Shown here piece after piece: positions 36,685 to 41,332 of a stretch of DNA of 41,332 nt (position 1 is the first letter of the stretch; every line of letters begins with the position of its first letter). The DNA lies in contig JAAZMN010000129.1 of NCBI GenBank assembly GCA_012798795.1, positions 1-41,332 of the forward strand. Reading direction: 5' to 3'. Source of the DNA: Bacillota bacterium. GTDB lineage: Bacteria > Bacillota > Limnochordia > Darwinibacteriales > DTU012. The notes under the pieces were generated by a model that was not told the DNA's origin, did no database searches, and worked only from the letters and a program-made list of their open reading frames with translations. The translations under genes were made by a program, and so were the position numbers.

Positions 36685-38382
36685 TTGGCACAAAGGAAAC
36701 GTCTGGGGGATATACTTATAGAAAGAGGATTACTTAACGAACAGCAGCTGCAAAAAGCCTTGGCTATGCAGCGGGATTCTGGCGAAAAGTTAGGTAATGC
36801 TTTAATTAAGCTTGGTTTTATAACCCCAGATAATTTAGCTGATGCTCTAAGTGTACATCTTGGATATCCAAGAGTTGATTTGAATCGTCATTATATTTCA
36901 ACTCCTGTGGTCAAAATGATACCAGAGGAGTTTTTAGCATCTCATGAGATATTTCCCCTTGATTTAAATAATAATGTAATGACAGTAGCTATGACGGACC
37001 CGTTAAACATTTTAGTAATAGATGAACTGCAGAGGATTACAGGTTATATAGTTAAGCCCGTAATAGCTACAAGTGATGAGATAAAAGCGGCGGTTAATCG
37101 TTCGCATGATATTATCTCTACTGCTCGGAAAGTCTTTGATGAATATACTGATGAAGATTCGGATCAATCTGATCAGAATCAGGAGGAGTATTTAGGTGAT
37201 GCGCCGGGAGTTCGTTTGGCCAACATAATTTTGGAACAAGCCGTTAGGGAGAAAGCCAGTGATATTCATTTGGAGCCTCAAGAGGAAGAGCTTGACGTCA
37301 GATTTAGGGTAGACGGTATTTTACGAAAAGTAATGACAGTTCCTAAAAGGCTGCGCAATGATGTAAATTCGCGGATCAAAATTATGAGTAATCTTGACAT
37401 TACTGAAAGGCGTCGTCCGCAGGATGGCAGAATTCAAACTAAGATAGGCGATTCTGAAGTTGATATGCGTATTTCAACGTTACCGACAATTCATGGTGAA
37501 AAAATTGTTGCACGTGTATTAAACAAATCTCACGGACCCTTAAGTATTAAAGAGTTTGGATTTGATGAAGATTCTAACGAAAAAATTCTTCGAATTCTAA
37601 ACATTTCTCAAGGTTTAATATTAGTAACCGGCCCGACAGGCAGTGGCAAGACAACCACTTTGTATGGATTTTTAAATCATCTAAATACAGTAGAAAAAAA
37701 CATTATTACAGTTGAAGACCCGGTTGAGTATCAATTAACTGGAATTAATCAGGTACAGATAAATCCAAAAATAGGATTAACTTTTGCTGCAGGATTGCGA
37801 AGCGTATTGCGCCAAGATCCGGATATTATTATGGTAGGTGAAATCAGAGATGATGAGACAGCAGAAATTGCAGTTCGTTCGGCTTTAACCGGGCATTTAG
37901 TTTTGAGTACTGTGCATACCAACAATACGGTTGCTACCATCAGCCGATTAATGAACATGAATGTTGATCCTTATTTAATTAGTGGGACTATATCTGCTAT
38001 AATTTCACAAAGATTAGTGCGAAAAATCTGTCCTGAATGTAAAGAAGAAGTTTTACTAACTGATCCTTTAGCTATTAGGTTTATTAAATCTCTGGGGGTT
38101 TCTGTCCCCAAAGTCGTATATCAAGGAAAAGGATGTCCGTTGTGCAAGGATTCAGGCTATTTAGGCAGAGTTCCGCTGGAAGAAGTCTTGATTGTCAATA
38201 GGCAGCTGCGCAAGGCAATTGATGCTAAAGCCAGTGAAGATGATATGCGGGAGATTGCAATCCGCAGTGGAATGGTACCGCTGCAGGTTAATGCTGTATT
38301 AAAATTGATTCAAGGAATTACAACTGTTTCTGAAGTGATTCGTACTGTATACAGTACAGATGAACAGGAGGCGTTGGATTGA
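36685..38382 (+). CDS. pilB: Type IV pilus assembly ATPase PilB (GspE family) with N-terminal MshEN domain
   Basis: 565 aa. MshEN/T2SSE_N N-terminus. Walker A GPTGSGKTTT, Asp box, Walker B, His box. Tetracysteine CPEC...CPLC. TTG start 7 nt after GAGGTG. Confidence 0.92.
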   Translation: MAQRKRLGDILIERGLLNEQQLQKALAMQRDSGEKLGNALIKLGFITPDNLADALSVHLGYPRVDLNRHYISTPVVKMIPEEFLASHEIFPLDLNNNVMTVAMTDPLNILVIDELQRITGYIVKPVIATSDEIKAAVNRSHDIISTARKVFDEYTDEDSDQSDQNQEEYLGDAPGVRLANIILEQAVREKASDIHLEPQEEELDVRFRVDGILRKVMTVPKRLRNDVNSRIKIMSNLDITERRRPQDGRIQTKIGDSEVDMRISTLPTIHGEKIVARVLNKSHGPLSIKEFGFDEDSNEKILRILNISQGLILVTGPTGSGKTTTLYGFLNHLNTVEKNIITVEDPVEYQLTGINQVQINPKIGLTFAAGLRSVLRQDPDIIMVGEIRDDETAEIAVRSALTGHLVLSTVHTNNTVATISRLMNMNVDPYLISGTISAIISQRLVRKICPECKEEVLLTDPLAIRFIKSLGVSVPKVVYQGKGCPLCKDSGYLGRVPLEEVLIVNRQLRKAIDAKASEDDMREIAIRSGMVPLQVNAVLKLIQGITTVSEVIRTVYSTDEQEALD

Positions 38383-39419
38383 AACCTGTCAGCCATATAC
38401 ATGAATTACTTGAAATTGCAATTGATCAACGTGCTTCGGATTTACATATTTCTCCGGGGATTCCTCCATATTTGCGAATTTTTGGGAAGGTTATTCCTCT
38501 AACAGCTTATGAGAAATTAGCACCAAATGAAATTGAAGTATTGATAAAACCAATAATAGATGCTGAGCAGCACAAAATTTTAAATAAACATGGCGAAGTG
38601 GATTTTTCCTATGGAGTGCGAGGCGTTGGCCGCTTTCGGTGCAGCGTATATCAGCAGCGGGGTTCGCTGTCAGCAGCCATTCGTGTAATTAATGCCAAAA
38701 TACATTCCTTACAGCAGTTGGGATTACCCAGTATTATCAAGGATATTGCCAGAAAAAAAGATGGACTTATTCTGGTTACCGGCCCGACCGGAAGTGGTAA
38801 ATCTACAACCTTAGCAGCTGTGATCAATTTAATTAATGAGGAGCGCCAAGGTGTAATTATTACTTTGGAGGATCCGATAGAGTATTTACACAGTCATAAA
38901 CGTTGTATTATTAATCAGCGCGAAGTAGGTACGGATACACGCAGCTTTGCTAATGGGCTTAGGGCAGCATTAAGAGCGGATCCGGATGTGATTTTAGTTG
39001 GTGAAATGCGAGATTTGGAGACAATAGCTACCGCCATAACTGCCGCTGAAACCGGACATCTTGTTTTATCAACCTTACATACACGAGGAGCTGCCAAGAC
39101 TATAGATCGAATAATTGATGCATTTCCTCCTGATAATCAACAGCAGATTAGAGTTCAATTATCAATGGTTTTAGAAGCAGTAATATCCCAGCAGCTGATT
39201 GTTAAAAAGGATGGAGACGGAATGGTGCCTGCGGTAGAAGTTATGCTGGGAACACCGGCAATTCGAAATTTAATTCGCGAAGGGAAAACGCATCAGATAA
39301 ATTCTGTAATTGAAACGGGAAAGAGATTTGGGATGAAGACTTTGACATCGTCCGTAAATGAATTAGTTTATGCGGATCAGATCAATTTAGAAGATGCTCA
39401 AATTTTTGGGTTTGATTAA
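38379..39419 (+). CDS. pilT: Twitching-motility (retraction) ATPase PilT
   Basis: 346 aa. ASDLHI, GPTGSGKSTT, DPIEY, AALRADPDVILVGEMRD, GHLVLSTLHT, AIRNLIREGK. The TTG start overlaps the pilB stop by 4 nt and GGAGG lies upstream. Confidence 0.9.
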   Translation: MKPVSHIHELLEIAIDQRASDLHISPGIPPYLRIFGKVIPLTAYEKLAPNEIEVLIKPIIDAEQHKILNKHGEVDFSYGVRGVGRFRCSVYQQRGSLSAAIRVINAKIHSLQQLGLPSIIKDIARKKDGLILVTGPTGSGKSTTLAAVINLINEERQGVIITLEDPIEYLHSHKRCIINQREVGTDTRSFANGLRAALRADPDVILVGEMRDLETIATAITAAETGHLVLSTLHTRGAAKTIDRIIDAFPPDNQQQIRVQLSMVLEAVISQQLIVKKDGDGMVPAVEVMLGTPAIRNLIREGKTHQINSVIETGKRFGMKTLTSSVNELVYADQINLEDAQIFGFD

Positions 39420-40645
39420 TGGTGGTGAAGCATATGATCCAATTTCAATATAAAGCTAGAGACAGACAAGGCAGAGAAGTAAACGGGACTATTGAAATGG
39501 ATACGAAGGAGCTTGCAGTTACGAGTTTGCGGGAGCAGGGTTATTATGTTACCGAGATAAAAGAAGTATCCAAACGCCGTTTGAGTAACATAGTTATATT
39601 TCAGTCCAGTAAAACCCTAAAAGCAAAAGATTTGGCTTTGTTTTGCCGTCAATTTGCTATTCAATTAGAAGCAGGTTTGTCTTTAACTGCATGTTTAGAG
39701 CTGCTGGAAGAACAGTCTGCAGATGAGATTCTTAAAAACGTTTTAAGAACAATTAGATTAGATGTAGCCAGCGGCATGACATTCACAAATGCAGTTGAAA
39801 AGCATAAAGAAATATTTCCGCATGAGTTTATTTACTTAATTTCAGCTGGAGAAATTGCCGGAGAACTGCCTGCTGTATTAGAGCAGTTGGCTGTTTACTA
39901 TGAAAGAGAAGATGAGCTGCGTAAAAAACTGTCCGAAGCTTTGATGTACCCGATTGTTATTGCTAGTATAGCTGTTATAGTTGTTATTGCACTAATATTT
40001 TTTGTTTTGCCGATGCTGATCAAAAACTTTTCCGCTTTTGGAGTGCAAACTCCCCGGATTACACAGGTAATATTAGACGCCAGAGACTTCTTAATCGACT
40101 TTTGGTATGTGTTTGTTGGATTTATTGTATTTTTTATTGTATTTATAAAATGGTATTTAAAGACTAAAAGAGGATGTTATCAAAAAGATCTGCTCAAGTT
40201 GAAACTGCCGATTATGGGCAAAATCAATCAGATGGTTATTTTTTCTCGAATTTCGCGAGTGTTAGGACTGCTGTTGGCCAGCGGAATTTCCATGGTAAAA
40301 AGTTTAGAAATTACAGAGCGGTTAATTACCAACGTTTGGATTCGGGACTCATTAAACGATTCAAGATTAGCTGTTGAAAAAGGGCAGGGATTGACTGAAC
40401 CGTTGAAAAAGAGTAATTTATTTCCAGCAATGTTTGTGCAGATGGTTGCAGTAGGCGAGGAAACCGGGAACTTAGAACAGACTTTAAAACATCTGTCTGA
40501 TTATTACGATAAGGAAGTAAATTTTACAGTTTCAGCATTTACAAAACTGCTTGAACCTGTAATGATGGTTGTACTGGCCATAGTAGTATTATTTGTTTTA
40601 GTATCGGTATATTTACCCATGATTCAAATGGTAACACAGCTGTAA
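39419..40645 (+). CDS. pilC: Type IV pilus platform protein PilC (GspF family)
   Basis: 408 aa. Two GspF repeats (FCRQFAIQLEAGLSL..., FSRISRVLGLLLASGISMVKSL...) and three TM segments. The ATG overlaps the pilT stop (TAATG). Alternative ATG at 39434. Confidence 0.9.
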   Translation: MVVKHMIQFQYKARDRQGREVNGTIEMDTKELAVTSLREQGYYVTEIKEVSKRRLSNIVIFQSSKTLKAKDLALFCRQFAIQLEAGLSLTACLELLEEQSADEILKNVLRTIRLDVASGMTFTNAVEKHKEIFPHEFIYLISAGEIAGELPAVLEQLAVYYEREDELRKKLSEALMYPIVIASIAVIVVIALIFFVLPMLIKNFSAFGVQTPRITQVILDARDFLIDFWYVFVGFIVFFIVFIKWYLKTKRGCYQKDLLKLKLPIMGKINQMVIFSRISRVLGLLLASGISMVKSLEITERLITNVWIRDSLNDSRLAVEKGQGLTEPLKKSNLFPAMFVQMVAVGEETGNLEQTLKHLSDYYDKEVNFTVSAFTKLLEPVMMVVLAIVVLFVLVSVYLPMIQMVTQL

Positions 40646-40661
40646 ACATTAAAGGGTGATA

Positions 40662-41332
40662 ATGTTGAAAAAATGCCTAGGCTTAGATATTGGCAGTGAA
40701 CAAATTAAATTGGTCCAACTGCAAAGAAAAGGTAGAAACAGCTATTTGGTAAGTTCGTGTCAGAAAATTAAGACGCCAGAAGGCAGTGTTGCCAATGGCA
40801 AAATTATGGATGTTGAGCGACTAAGAAAATGTCTTCAGCTGTTGATAAAAGGGTCTGGTATTACTACAGATAACGTAGTTATGGGTTTAGCGAGTCCTGA
40901 GATAATGATCAGAAAAACAGAATTTCCCTCCATGCCCGGAAAGGAATTGGCACAGGCAATTAGATTTGAGTTAAGTGACATCTTGATGTTGGATGATTCT
41001 AGTATTGAAGACATTGCATTTTCATATGAAGTTTTACATGCCGGAGAAAACCAACAAAAAGTTTTGGTGGTAGGATGCAGACGAGAATTAGTAGAGCCTT
41101 ATATAGATTTACTTAATAGTGTTGGTTTAGTTCCCTGGGTAATTGACATTGCTGCTTTTGCTCTTCCTAGAGTAATTGATACTAGAAATCGTATTTGCTT
41201 TGTAGATCTTGGTGCCGAGCAAACTGTAATTTATGTGGAAAAAAACATGACATATTCTGTTTATCGTATTTTGCCCTTTGGGGGTTCGTTAATTAATAAT
41301 GTAATTAAAGAAACATTTGGAGTTGACTCCTA
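40662..41332 (+). CDS. pilM: Type IV pilus assembly protein PilM (actin-like ATPase fold), 3' end outside the window
   Basis: Not in the ORF track because there is no stop in the window. The open frame reads MLKKCLGLDIGSEQIKLVQL...AIRFELSD...FVDLGAEQTVIYV... with no stop to base 41332. Typical PilM N-terminus and position after pilC. Confidence 0.8.
   Translation, partial: MLKKCLGLDIGSEQIKLVQLQRKGRNSYLVSSCQKIKTPEGSVANGKIMDVERLRKCLQLLIKGSGITTDNVVMGLASPEIMIRKTEFPSMPGKELAQAIRFELSDILMLDDSSIEDIAFSYEVLHAGENQQKVLVVGCRRELVEPYIDLLNSVGLVPWVIDIAAFALPRVIDTRNRICFVDLGAEQTVIYVEKNMTYSVYRILPFGGSLINNVIKETFGVDS

Noticed and set aside
1-41332. Search for CRISPR arrays, IS elements or transposases, integrases, toxin-antitoxin pairs, restriction-modification or other defence cassettes
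   Set aside because: No direct-repeat/spacer periodicity, terminal inverted repeats, recombinase or nuclease-type ORFs were seen. The gene content is housekeeping with conserved synteny, so no mobile or defence feature is reported.

Overview
AT-rich Firmicutes/Clostridia-type chromosomal core region, almost fully coding. The lineage is possibly diderm (Halanaerobiales/Negativicutes-like), inferred from an Omp85-type barrel fusion and an SLH protein. Most genes are housekeeping and sit in Bacillus-like synteny: ireB-murA-dnaE, accD-accA-pfkA-pyk, Fur-family regulator plus class II RNR nrdJ, polA-mutM-coaE-lytic transglycosylase, and tdh-kbl. Several items are missing from the ORF track. (1) A 53-codon SCIFF (six-cysteines-in-forty-five) RiPP precursor at 34870..35031 has its own promoter, is followed by a hairpin/T-tract attenuator, and precedes its radical-SAM/SPASM maturase. 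(2) A class II c-di-GMP riboswitch at about 36587..36662 lies directly in front of a type IV pilus operon (pilB-pilT-pilC-pilM). The PilB N-terminus also carries a perfect MshEN c-di-GMP-binding motif, suggesting c-di-GMP control at both RNA and protein level. (3) tRNA-Leu(CAA) lies on the minus strand. (4) pilM is a partial CDS running off the 3' end. The least explained module is a minus-strand envelope operon at 370..4626. It encodes a patatin-like lipase fused to an Omp85-type barrel (PlpD/type Vd-like). This gene is translationally coupled to a signal-peptide PIG-L/LmbE deacetylase carrying a C-terminal amphipathic beta-strand module, followed by a PspC-domain protein and a GT-B glycosyltransferase. 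No CRISPR array, IS element, prophage or recognisable defence system was seen. All calls come from reading the sequence and from motif recall. No searches were run.
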